Positions 52,454-64,000 of a stretch of 64,000 bases of DNA are shown piece by piece. Made by a program: the position numbers and the translations under genes. This DNA is from Chrysomallon squamiferum (Eukaryota; Animalia; Mollusca), in the NCBI GenBank assembly GCA_012295275.1, contig CM022671.1, positions 31,062,001 through 31,126,000 of the forward strand, given 5' to 3'. The first letter of the stretch is position 1; each line of letters begins with the position of its first letter. The notes below the pieces were generated by a model. It was not told the DNA's origin. It saw nothing but the letters and a program-made list of their open reading frames with translations, and searched no databases.

Positions 52454-52504
52454 ATGTATGTATGTATGTATGTATGTATGTGTGTGTATGTATGTATGTA
52501 TGTA

Positions 52505-52571
<67 letters not shown>

Positions 52572-52735
52572 GTGTGTGTATGTATGTATGTATGTGTATG
52601 TGTGTATATGTATGTATGTATGTGTATGTGTATGTCTATGTGTATGTGTGTATGTATGTATGTATGTGTGTATGTGTGTATGTATGTGTGTATGTGTGTA
52701 TGTGTGTATGTATGTATGTATGTATGTATGTATGT
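52454..52735. repeat. (TATG)n/(TGTATG)n microsatellite
   Basis: Directly visible. Confidence 0.95.
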
Positions 52736-52774
52736 GCGTGTTCGTCACCGGTAACCTCCTTTTGTCTGGATTCA

Positions 52775-52828
<54 letters not shown>

Positions 52829-53352
52829 TGTGTATCTATGTCTGTGTGTGTGCATTTGTATGTATGTGTGTGTGTCTGTGTGTAGGTGTGTTACTGTATG
52901 CAGGATACGAAGATGATACACGATGATCATATTATTAGCAGATGTTGTTGAGAAGCGGAGTTGAAAACTTCTACGATACTGTAAGGGGTGTTTAACCTTC
53001 GTGCTTTCCCCATTAGTGATTTCGTACAGGCAAACGATAGATACGAAAATACACCACACTGTTTTGTTCTGTCGGTCTGACATTTCTGGTACCTCTGTAG
53101 TGAAAGAAAAAGAAAGAAGGTTAATAAGACCAATTATTTACTTAAAACCAGACACGTGGGAGTAAGGTCTAATGGAACTTGTAAGGTTGGAGAAAGATTT
53201 TAAATGAAAGAGTTCGAACACTCATTAATACTTTCTAATATTAACGCCTGTTATATATGTATGTATATTTCTATGTATATATGTGTGTATTTATAAACGT
53301 AATTGCTTGAAAGTGTGTGTGTTTGTATGCATGGTGTATTTGTATATATGTT

Positions 53353-53383
<31 letters not shown>

Positions 53384-53828
53384 GGGCGTGCATGTGCATG
53401 TATTTATCTGTGAGTGCGTGCCTGTTTGAACAACAATAAAATATGCTTTAATATATAATCAATACAAATATACGTAGCTATAACACACTTGCACACGCAA
53501 ACACACACATATGTGTCTGTGTCTTTGTTTTATATAAAGGAATGTATCACTGAATACCAAAAAAAAAGAAAAAAAGAAAAAAAGAAAAGAAAAAAAGTAG
53601 AAGATACATTATCGGTTACTAGCAAGAATTACATATAATAATAAATACATCGTTAAGTACAAAGTAAAGCCTGTAGAACGAGTTTTTATTCCCAAGTCAT
53701 GAAGCAGTGGTTAGAACGGGCGATACTTTAAAGATTTTTCTACGAAAGCTTGGTCGCAGAGAGTTCAAATGTCATGAAAATACTCAAAAAACAAAATGGA
53801 TTAATTCTCAACTTTCAGAAGTTTTCAT

Positions 53829-53894
<66 letters not shown>

Positions 53895-54669
53895 GGTTAG
53901 TGGGGGTTTTTTGCTGATTTTTATTTATTTATTTCGTTATTTTTTGCTATTTTACGGAATGATGGTGAAAGAGATTTTACATCTGTGTTTACTGATTGAC
54001 TGATTGGTTAATTCTATTTTATTTTATTTTGTTTGTTTGTTTACTTATTTATTTGCTGTTATCATTAACAGTAATAAACGTAAGATCATTATCCGGTCGT
54101 TGTTGTTGTTAAATCATCAGTGTTGACGTCAAAATTATCATCATCATTATAATACCATCACTATATCTATCTGTCATCATCATCATCATCACCATCACAT
54201 CATCGTTAATTTCTTGCAACTCCATTTTTTTTTTTTTTTTTTTTTTTGTTGTTGTTGTTGTTGTTGTTTTTTCCTTTTCTTTTTCTACGCTGTTTGTTTG
54301 ATAAAAATAAAAAAAAAAAAAAATTTCACGACTGCCCTATCAAGACGCCAGGTTTTCTCAACGAAGAATGCGAGTTTGAAGAACGCAATAGCTTAATTTG
54401 TGAAAAACAGTGTCAAAGGGTGCAGTGATATAGACTCGCATATATTCTAAACACTGCGACATCAACAACGTATTGCGTGTTTCGAGATAACATCCGTCTT
54501 TAAATAACATTTTAAGTAGAGTTCCCGATAGCGTTAGGAAATATTTACACCAACGACGCAGATTCCTAGCGACTTTATTTTTCTATTTTTTTTAATTTTT
54601 TTTTCCCTTTTGATATGGAACTCGGGAAAACAGTACCAGCCAGGGTTACTACGTAAAAGCTAATCTCGA

Positions 54670-54872
54670 TGACGTCATAGCGTAGACATAACAAACTTAC
54701 CTTATCTCAGCTGGCTGTTTTAACTTGATATGCTACAGCTGCAGCGCAGATGGGAGGGGGGGGGAATGTTAAAAATACCCTACCCGTGATGCCGCCCTTA
54801 TAAAGAAAACTACGCACTGACGGGACTACTTTTTTCGACGCAACAGAGACTAAGTAGCAAAGTCAGGTAATT
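54670..54872 (+). promoter_or_regulatory. Candidate TATA promoter and short non-coding first exon of an unidentified gene
   Basis: CRE TGACGTCA 54670-54677, GC box CCGCCC 54792-54797, TATAAAG 54799-54805, splice donor CAG|gtaatt at 54867. Confidence 0.35.
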
Positions 54873-55241
54873 GGCCTGAACGCACCGGGTTCGCCTCCCC
54901 TTCTCAACCGTTTCCAGAATAATCGAGAAGTCTGATGTAAAAGTTATACGTCACAAAAGCGTCGTATACGTAATGCACGTCTGCGTTTTCTAAGAAATAT
55001 GCTTCCAATTATTTTTTATCGTATTTTGAACTGGGAGAATTTATGTAGAGGATTCGAATATAACCTCAGTAGAATTTTATGTTGTCTTTTTTGTTGTTGT
55101 TGTTGTTGTTTTGTTTTCAGCACACATGCACGCACACGCACATACACAAACCATGCGAGTTCGTACGCACACCTACACATAAACTCTTTCTTATTCTCTC
55201 TCCCTAGATCTCTCTCTGTAAAACATCTTTTTAATGTTATC

Positions 55242-55276
<35 letters not shown>

Positions 55277-55365
55277 TATATAGATATGTAGATAACTAGA
55301 CAGAGAGATAGATAGATATATACATACATACATGCATATTGTATGTGTAAATATGTATATATTTT

Positions 55366-55480
<115 letters not shown>

Positions 55481-55867
55481 GCACACACGCGCACACACAC
55501 CAGTGGTATCGTTGCTATGTAGCAGAAAGGAACTAATAGCAGGTGCATGATGTCATGAATGTAAATAATATGGGAAATAATGAATGCTTAAATGGGAAAT
55601 GAACTATCAGGTTCCGGTCAAGCCGCTGTTTCGTAGAAACAGAAGACGAGTTTTATGATGTGAAATCGGAATAAAAATAAGAAGATAAAATTTAGTAATA
55701 TTTATGAATACGTTGTGAATACTAAATAACAAACGAACGATAACGATAAAGGTTGTAGTGAGCTTAGAATGATGTTATTGTTGATGCTTGCTAAAGCTGT
55801 AGTTGCTTTAAGATGTAATAGTTAATGAGGTATTATTTTAAAGATACGAAAAGAAATACACATGAAA

Positions 55868-55910
<43 letters not shown>

Positions 55911-55987
55911 ACATATTAATAACAATAACAAATTAAATTAAATTAAGTTAAATTAAAACTTTGTCCAAAACATCGTATAAACGGAAA

Positions 55988-56028
<41 letters not shown>

Positions 56029-56636
56029 AAGGAATAAAATAAATAAACACTCAAATAATGAATTCAGTACTAATGAAATAAAGAAAACAAATTTTCTAAG
56101 GAACAGTCATTTTTGATAAGCTTTCTTAGTATCTTAAAACCGATTCAGTATCTTTGTCTTGTTTGAATTATGATACAACTTTGTAATCTAGTTTTGCCGA
56201 AGCATTTGGTTACAAATTCTGTTGTTTCCATGATTCTTTGTATCTTGGGCAACCATAATGTACGTCTCACTTGCTAGGTTATTGACTGTTGCTATGGCAA
56301 TCTTCTTTCACCGACGACTTATTAATTTAACGTCGAAGGTAAATAATTTTCTTTTTTTTTTTCTTCTTATTCTTGTTAATATTTCATGTAGATCATTTGT
56401 GATATTAAAATTTGTTTAACGCTCTATAGCTATTTACATATATCTGAAAGCTGGTAAAGCGCGCTTTTTGAGATACCTGTCATATCATGGCCGCCAGAAC
56501 TAAAGTTTTAATCTGACCACATGAAATTGCCATCCAAAGAATTGGGCCACTATACAAAATTTTAGTTGTATTGCGAAAACGGGTCAGAGCGGAAATCAGG
56601 ATTTGTGTCATTACAGATTAATATTGGATTTGTACA

Positions 56637-57652
56637 GGGTAAGGTGGAGTGGGTAATTATGGCCCCTTTTCCATTCAACCTCACCTACAGAGAAAAGGAA
56701 ACAACAAAATGGAGTGAATAATGTGTAGTAAATGTATTTCTGCTTGAAAATACACAAAGACCATATGCATGGTGCTTATACTTTTGAAATGGAAACCAGC
56801 TTAAAAAAAATGTTTTCTGGGGCCAGATTTGCCCCGATGATTTGAACTTGTCGGAATTCACGCCACAGAGTTCACTTTTTTCTTCACATCCACCGGTTTT
56901 GTTGTACCGTTCCAACTGAGCTGCCATTTTTCCTTTGGTATCTTCTTCTTCTGTTTTTTTTTTTGTTGTTTTGTTGTTGTATTTTTGCCTCTCCCCCCTT
57001 TGACGTCCTCACCTTGTCTTCCTCCTCCTTCTTCTCTGCCAACTCTTCTTCATACCTCTTGACACTCTTCTTCTTCTGTCAGTGCCTCGGCAGACGTCAT
57101 CTTCCTGATTTTATTTGAAGTTTGACAACTTGCCCCACCAGATGGACTGTGGATTTTCAATTGTTTCCAATTTTTTTTTAAATAGAATGGACTATATCAA
57201 TGCCAAAACTATTGATTTCACCATCATATATGGGGGTGTGTGTGTCAGATTTACCCCATCCATGGGGGCCATGTTGCCCCGAGTGATGGAGTTAAATGAA
57301 AAACACACACTCCTTGCCTAACTACCACACATTAATCAAGTTTCTTCTGGTGAACTTAATACTTGATTAAATGTTTACCTGTTAAAAGTTATCACTAACC
57401 TAATGTCTATAGGACTAAAAAAAAAAAAAATAGCACTCACTTTGGAAACCTCAAAATGCACTTTTCTTTAGAACATTGTTGTTTTCGTTACTTTCCTGGC
57501 CACTCTACTCTAAGCGTTCTAATGAGAGATAGGCAGGTTCTATTTATATCAACAAAGCTCCAGAAATCTGGACAGAGCAGTTTAGTGGCTCTGAGTTATA
57601 ATACACCCGGCAGCCAGAATTACCCCGGGGCTAGAATTATCCCCCCTTACCC
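56637..57652 (-). mobile_element. Decayed non-autonomous TIR DNA transposon (possibly Tc1/mariner-pogo-like)
   Basis: Left end gggtaagg..gggtaattatggcccc vs right-end reverse complement gggtaaggggggataattctagcccc; flanks CA / TA; internal GGGGCCA-n-TTGCCCC motifs at 56819 and 57265; frameshifted charged ORF remnant on the minus strand. Confidence 0.6.
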
Positions 57653-58506
57653 TACAGATCTACATAATTAATACAGCTATCCGATATGCCTGCCACAACA
57701 TGCTAAATAATCACTGATAAAAAAAACTTTCATTCTTCTCACATCGATCTTAATTTTTATAAAACAGCTGCATATTTATTATTTATAATTGTCAAAAACC
57801 CATCAAATCTATACTTCAACATGTTCAAGGTGCACCATAGCCCGGGACCAACCCTCCCTCCCCCACCTGGCAACACCCACCAGTCCGCCGCCGTCGTCGT
57901 CGCAGTCATTTCAGTAAAACTGAAAGTAGCTAACTCTTCCACTCATCTGTTCTCCGCATCGTTGTTGTCTCCAGCGATCTAACCACCAGGCCACTTCCCA
58001 CGCGCCAGCGACAGCGGAAGTGAAGTATAATTCTTGAGACGATCTCTGATCTTGCTTTCCGTCCGGTGGACGATGGCCTGAATGACAATTTGAACCCGGG
58101 ACGACCCGGGACCGTCTCCGCTTGGCTGCAGTTTTAAGTGGCCTGCGTTTTAATGTGTGTTGATAACATTTTAGCGTTTTCCCACGTTTATCCACCGCGT
58201 CTGTCTTCAGTTTGGACGACGTTTGGATGGACACACATTTCGAAAAAAGGCTCTGATAATGCTCATTTCGTTGGAAGAGACGTAGAATTTTCAACAAAAA
58301 AAAATAAATAAAAAATAATGTTTTAATTTTTTATTAAAATGGGGAAACAACAACAACAACAACGATAATCATCATCATGATCATCTCACCATCGTAAGAA
58401 GAAAACGAATTATTGTTCTGAACAAAAACGATCAACAATGATGATAATAATGAAGATAATTACGATGTTCAGGAAACAGAACAATGTGAATCATTCCATA
58501 CATCAG

Positions 58507-58541
<35 letters not shown>

Positions 58542-59753
58542 ATTACACACATACAGACAAACGCACATTTAAAGGCACCTATCCTTCAATATATTATTTT
58601 ACTTATTTGCTTACATGTGTGCGTTCACGTATTTTTGTAAGTAGTGTATACTTGTTTTGGAGATTTGCCACTATAATCAAAACTTCTTACTGTTTATCAC
58701 TGAAATCCGACAGCCTCAAAATGAAACTTAATTAGATATTACGTGAAAGAATTGTGACGTCATAATGGATAACGTCATATGGTTCAGTATGTAGAGACCT
58801 ATTCTAGTAAGCTGAACTTCTTTGTCATTTTCGTTCTTGCTTATTATTATTATTAGTAGTAGTAGTAGTAGTTGTTGTAGTAGTTGTAGTAGTATTTGTG
58901 ACTGCCGCTGCGAATAAATATAGGCTGCTTAATGAGAAAATCGATATTTAGTACATTAAAATAAAATTTAAAAAATTAATGTCGCTAGCAAGGGACCCAG
59001 AGGCCCCACCCTCATAGCCAGCACACCCCTCCGGCGGAGCCGCGCCCTTCAAGCGTTCACTTCCTGCATTGACCACTCTGAATGAACAGCTTCTTGGCAG
59101 TGTCCACTTCATTTCCCGCATAATTACAACAACCACAACAACACCCCCCCACCGCCCCCAGCCCCACGAGTGAAAAGAACGAAAAGCGCGCGCAAGTTCA
59201 TGACCTCACGAGACAAAAGAGCTCTTTCCGCCTCATTTGACCTCATTACTTGACCTTTTCGCACAACTTGGTGATCAGTTTGTCTGGTGAAGTTACGTAA
59301 GACGCCTGGTTTCCCAGTTACTAGGTTACGGAGTAAGAACACAGGGGTCGAGAGTGGGGCAAAGCGAGGAAGTCGTTAATGTGTGAAAGTATTTTTATTG
59401 CCGTCGAAAGCGAAGGAGGATAAAAAGTCAAAAGAAAAAAAAAAAAAAAAAAAAAAAAAAACAGACGAAAAAGAAAAAAAGACAACGTAGTTTACAAAGA
59501 TGTAGAAAGATACATATTTCTGTGTTTCTTTTGCTCTCGCTCTAACTCTGGCCATTTCTTTCTGTCTTTTATGATTTTTTTTTTTTTTTTTCACCATTTT
59601 CTATCGTCTTCATTTCTTTATGACAGACAGAGAGAGAGAGAGACAGAGACAGCCAGAAAGAGAGAGATAGAGAGAGAGAGACAGAGAGAGAGAGAGATAT
59701 CAATAATTAAATTTAGAACAATTTCTGAAGAATTTTTTTTTTTAAAATAAAAC

Positions 59754-59817
<64 letters not shown>

Positions 59818-60387
59818 TAAATAAATAAATAAATAAAGTTTTAAAATATTTTATATTTCATTATTTCATACCACTCAGTTTTGTTTATTCCTATTTCAGA
59901 CGGTAATTTTCTGACAGCTTTTTCTTCTATTCCATATCCAGTTCTTTGACACTATTTTTGACGGCAATACATCTGTTTTCGCTATCAACGCGTCTATTTA
60001 CATCCAGAAAATAGTCCGGGCACGTTGGTGTAAAAAAAGAAAGAAAGAAAGAAAAAAAAAAATACGGCGATTTATTTCTGGAAATTCCGGTAGTAGAATG
60101 TGATTTTCATGACAGCTGTTCATTGCCCCGAGGTTCGTATCACATTTCACGGAATATCTGGCTTTTTCTACGGCGAACGAAAGGCATAGACGCGCGCGCG
60201 CACTGTTGAGCAGAAACAGTATGACCTATTTTGGCGCCAAAACGTATTACGATAGCTGCGATTTCCCGCGTTTCGTTGTAACTCTGTAATAAAGCTTGTT
60301 AAATGTTACCGGTTTCTGATCGATTATTACCAGTCTTCTTGCTATGGTGGTTATGTCAGCGTATTTTAGATGTCTTGCAGTATGATG

Positions 60388-60466
<79 letters not shown>

Positions 60467-61339
60467 TATTATTATTATTATTATTAATCCTTTTTCTTTG
60501 AAATTCGAACTGAGGAAGCTAATGTCGATATGATTTTAATTGTCCATCATCATCGTTACTATTACTACTACTACTATTACAATAACAACAACTATTACTA
60601 CTGTTTCTGTCGCAGCGACTACTCGTAATAACGCTACTACCACTACTGCAGCTTCTGCCACTACTACTAATTCGTACTACTGCTACTGCTGTTACTACTA
60701 CTACCACACTCTTATTGTTGTCACTGTTCTCGTTTCATGACTTAATTAAAATGAGAAGAAAATAATATAGAACAGATGATACGAAAAAGAAAAATGCACA
60801 ATAACAACAACAAATAAAGAAATATAAAAATACGAATCTTTGTCTATATAATAAATGCTGATTAACTTATGACCTTGACATATGTAAAGCATTAGGAGAT
60901 AACGTACAGCATTGCTGAAGAGCTGTATTATGGAAATATAACAATAAACAACAGCAGCAGCAATAATGATGATAAAAATTATAATATTGATGATGCTATT
61001 AGCATCAATAGCAGCAACGACAGCAGCGGCAGTAGCAGTAGTAGTTGTAGTAATACTTAAAATGTCGCATAATGCTGACTTATTGTGTTTTACTACTTGC
61101 ATCATTTATTTCTTCTTCTTTTTTTTTTTTTTTTATTATTTGATTTATTAATTGTTCTCTACCTCTTATCCATCTGTTTATATTATAATTGACTCAGCAA
61201 AAACCAAAGTTCACAGTTGAAATCTCCCTACAAAAAAAACTTCCATCGAGGCTAAATTCCTCAAATAATTTCTTTTTATCAGTTCATTTAGTTTCAAGGA
61301 TGAATGAATGAACGGACTTCAAAATAAACCTGTCACTTT

Positions 61340-61526
61340 AGGGGCGGATCTAAAATTCCGTGGGTGGGGGGGGGCTTTATTGTGATGATTGTGATTTTGA
61401 AGATGGTACTTGACGTCTTTTATTGTAAAATCCACAAACAGAAAATGGATAACAATATGAAAAATAGTAATAACGACGACAACAACAACAACAACAACAA
61501 CAATAACAGTAACAACAATAATGATG

Positions 61527-61561
<35 letters not shown>

Positions 61562-61597
61562 CGTAATAACAACAACAATAATAATAACAAAAATAGC

Positions 61598-61634
<37 letters not shown>

Positions 61635-61714
61635 TAAAACATATACGCAGACAAACACACACACAAAAATAGGGGCGATGTTCGCCCGACTTGCTCCCCT
61701 CTGGATCCGCTACG
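61340..61714. mobile_element. MITE-like element with imperfect GCGGATC(C/T) terminal inverted repeats enclosing an (AAT/AAC)n tract
   Basis: Left aggggcggatctaa; right ctggatccgctacg; G/C-rich subterminal runs. Confidence 0.5.
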
Positions 61715-62156
61715 CATTCCACGTGAGAAAATTTCATTGATTGAAATCATGGATCAAGAAGAAGAAGAGAAAAACAAAAAAGTGAGTTCACGACCCTTAG
61801 AAAGTAGTTCCGTCTAGATATCCTCCCCAAAATGGCGGGAAATCTGTGGCCCAAGTCTGACCTCGTCTAAAAGAAAAAAAATAATAAAAAAATAAAATAA
61901 AAAATAAAAATAAAAATGGAAATTTACAACTAAGCAATGTTTTTGTTGTTTTCTTGTGAATACAAACATTACTGGGGTTTGAAAGGTGACTGGGATGGGT
62001 AACATTTTATTTGTTCAGCTAGCGTCAGAAGTGAAAAGCTCAAGCCCTTCACGATGTTTGAAAAATATCAAGTAGTTTTCATTGTTGCTTCGGTTGGCTT
62101 TCAACTCTTGTTGTTGGGGTTAGGCAAAAATTCAGTGCATGAACTTGAGAGAGAGG

Positions 62157-62233
<77 letters not shown>

Positions 62234-62416
62234 TGTGTGTGTTAAGGACGCCTGTCATGGGCCCAAATTAAGAGTACGGGTAAACGTCAGATCTTCTGTA
62301 GCAGTCATAAAACATTAAATTTAAAATAATGTCAGACGATTCAAAGTTTAATGTTCATCTGTTCGTCCAGGCGTCTACATCAGTCTTTCCCATTATCAGT
62401 TTTTTATATATCTGTT

Positions 62417-62484
<68 letters not shown>

Positions 62485-62510
62485 ACATACACACACACAA
62501 ACATAAATAT

Positions 62511-62561
<51 letters not shown>

Positions 62562-63130
62562 TAAATAGAGATACAAAAATCAGAAAAATATAGAACTTTA
62601 GCCCCGTCATGTAACTGACCTTTGCAGCGGGCACCTAACCCTGCATATGGCAAGTAACCTAGCACCCCCCCCCTCTCAGAAACACCCGCCTCAATTTTCA
62701 CAGCATCTCGCTGTTCGAACAGCCGCGCTAACTGTCAAAAGGCGCGAATCAGACTCAAATTAACACCACTCGCTATTTTTATGTTCTCGAATTCCTCAAG
62801 GTTCACGGGATTAACCGCCAACAGAGAGAGGCTGCTGAAAGGGACAAAAGAACGGAAAGATGGCTTCTTTCTCTTCTTTAGTTTGGCGTCGATTTCCAAG
62901 ATTGTGACGTAATGAAATTGAGAGATCGGAATTCAGGATTGGTTTCTGTTATCTCCGAGGCTGGTCACTTTGGTTCTAACAACAGCAGCAGCAGGAGAAA
63001 AATATTTATCACACCATTATTACCACTATGACTACTACTACTTCTACGGCTACCTCTACCACAACACGAAGCAACCTCACCAATATTATCGCTACTAATG
63101 CTTCTACTACTGCTTCTGCTATTATTACTT

Positions 63131-63201
<71 letters not shown>

Positions 63202-63701
63202 TAACTGCTACTACTAATACTACTCCAGCTACCACCTGTGCTATTGTTAGCACTTTTATTCTTACTACGATAACCATTTATTACATTTACCTCCTCTGTA
63301 AACATATTAGTTACTATTTCTGCTGCATGAATGCTTTCTATAACACAACAAAATATATCCAACAAAACACATAAGATTCAGAATAAAAAGGAGTTAAAAA
63401 AAAAAAAAATAACCTAAAAAAGAATAAATATCTTATCTGTGCTAAATAAAGAAAAGAATGTATTAAATGTGCCTGACGTTAGAAACAATAGCTCTTTCAC
63501 TCAATCCTTTAATTCATCTTGAACATTGATATTGATAAATGTAAAAAGATTACATGATGTAAGTGTCAAAAGTCCAGTACAGACGTATTACTAAACTTTA
63601 AATATTTTAAAAAGTACACCAAATTAGGGAAAAATAATTCAAGTAACCCGACTGTTTTATTATTGTTGTTGTCACTGCTGTTATTGTTATTATCGTTATT
63701 A

Positions 63702-63739
<38 letters not shown>

Positions 63740-64000
63740 TTGTTGTTGTTGTTGTTAATATTCTTGATACTGTGTTTTTATTACTATTATGAACTTTATA
63801 TATTTATTGCAAGAAATAGTCTAAATATAATGTTTATTTTCAGTTTCCAACACTAATAGTAATAATAATAATCACAGTTATATTTCACTGCGTTCCACCT
63901 GTACTAGTTATTATTATTATTATTAATTTCATTATTATCATTATTATTATTATTATTATTAATTTCATTATTATCATTATCATTATTATTATTATTAATT

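Noticed and set aside
57911-58297. 128-aa minus-strand ORF
   Set aside because: No family resemblance or splice signals; more consistent with a regulatory island.
62635-62643. Telomerase RNA template-like cctaaccct
   Set aside because: Match is too short, with no recognisable pseudoknot or H/ACA domain downstream.

Overview
AT-rich, microsatellite-dense animal genomic DNA. It is probably an invertebrate and possibly a gastropod mollusc (inferred from repeat character and CpG pattern, not proven). Two complete spliced genes can be reconstructed by hand, arranged head-to-head with start codons 750 bp apart. The first is a 9-exon V-ATPase accessory subunit S1/Ac45 gene (ATP6AP1 family, minus strand, 26549->19828, 442 aa). 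The second is a 4-exon 40S ribosomal protein uS12 gene (RPS23, plus strand, 27299->32946, 143 aa). The ATP6AP1 end of the shared promoter has tandem M-boxes and a perfect CLEAR motif in intron 1; the RPS23 end has a TCTCGCGAGA palindrome directly abutting a TCT/5'TOP tract. The rest of the window is non-coding: microsatellites, minisatellites, a ~350-bp tandem duplication, foldbacks/MITEs, a tRNA-like SINE family, a ~1-kb decayed TIR transposon and CpG-rich motif-dense islands, including a candidate TATA promoter at ~54.8 kb. Almost all ORFs in the supplied track are microsatellite artefacts. No prokaryotic-type system was seen. The most interesting signal is the possibly ancient ATP6AP1-RPS23 bidirectional gene pair and its regulatory logic.
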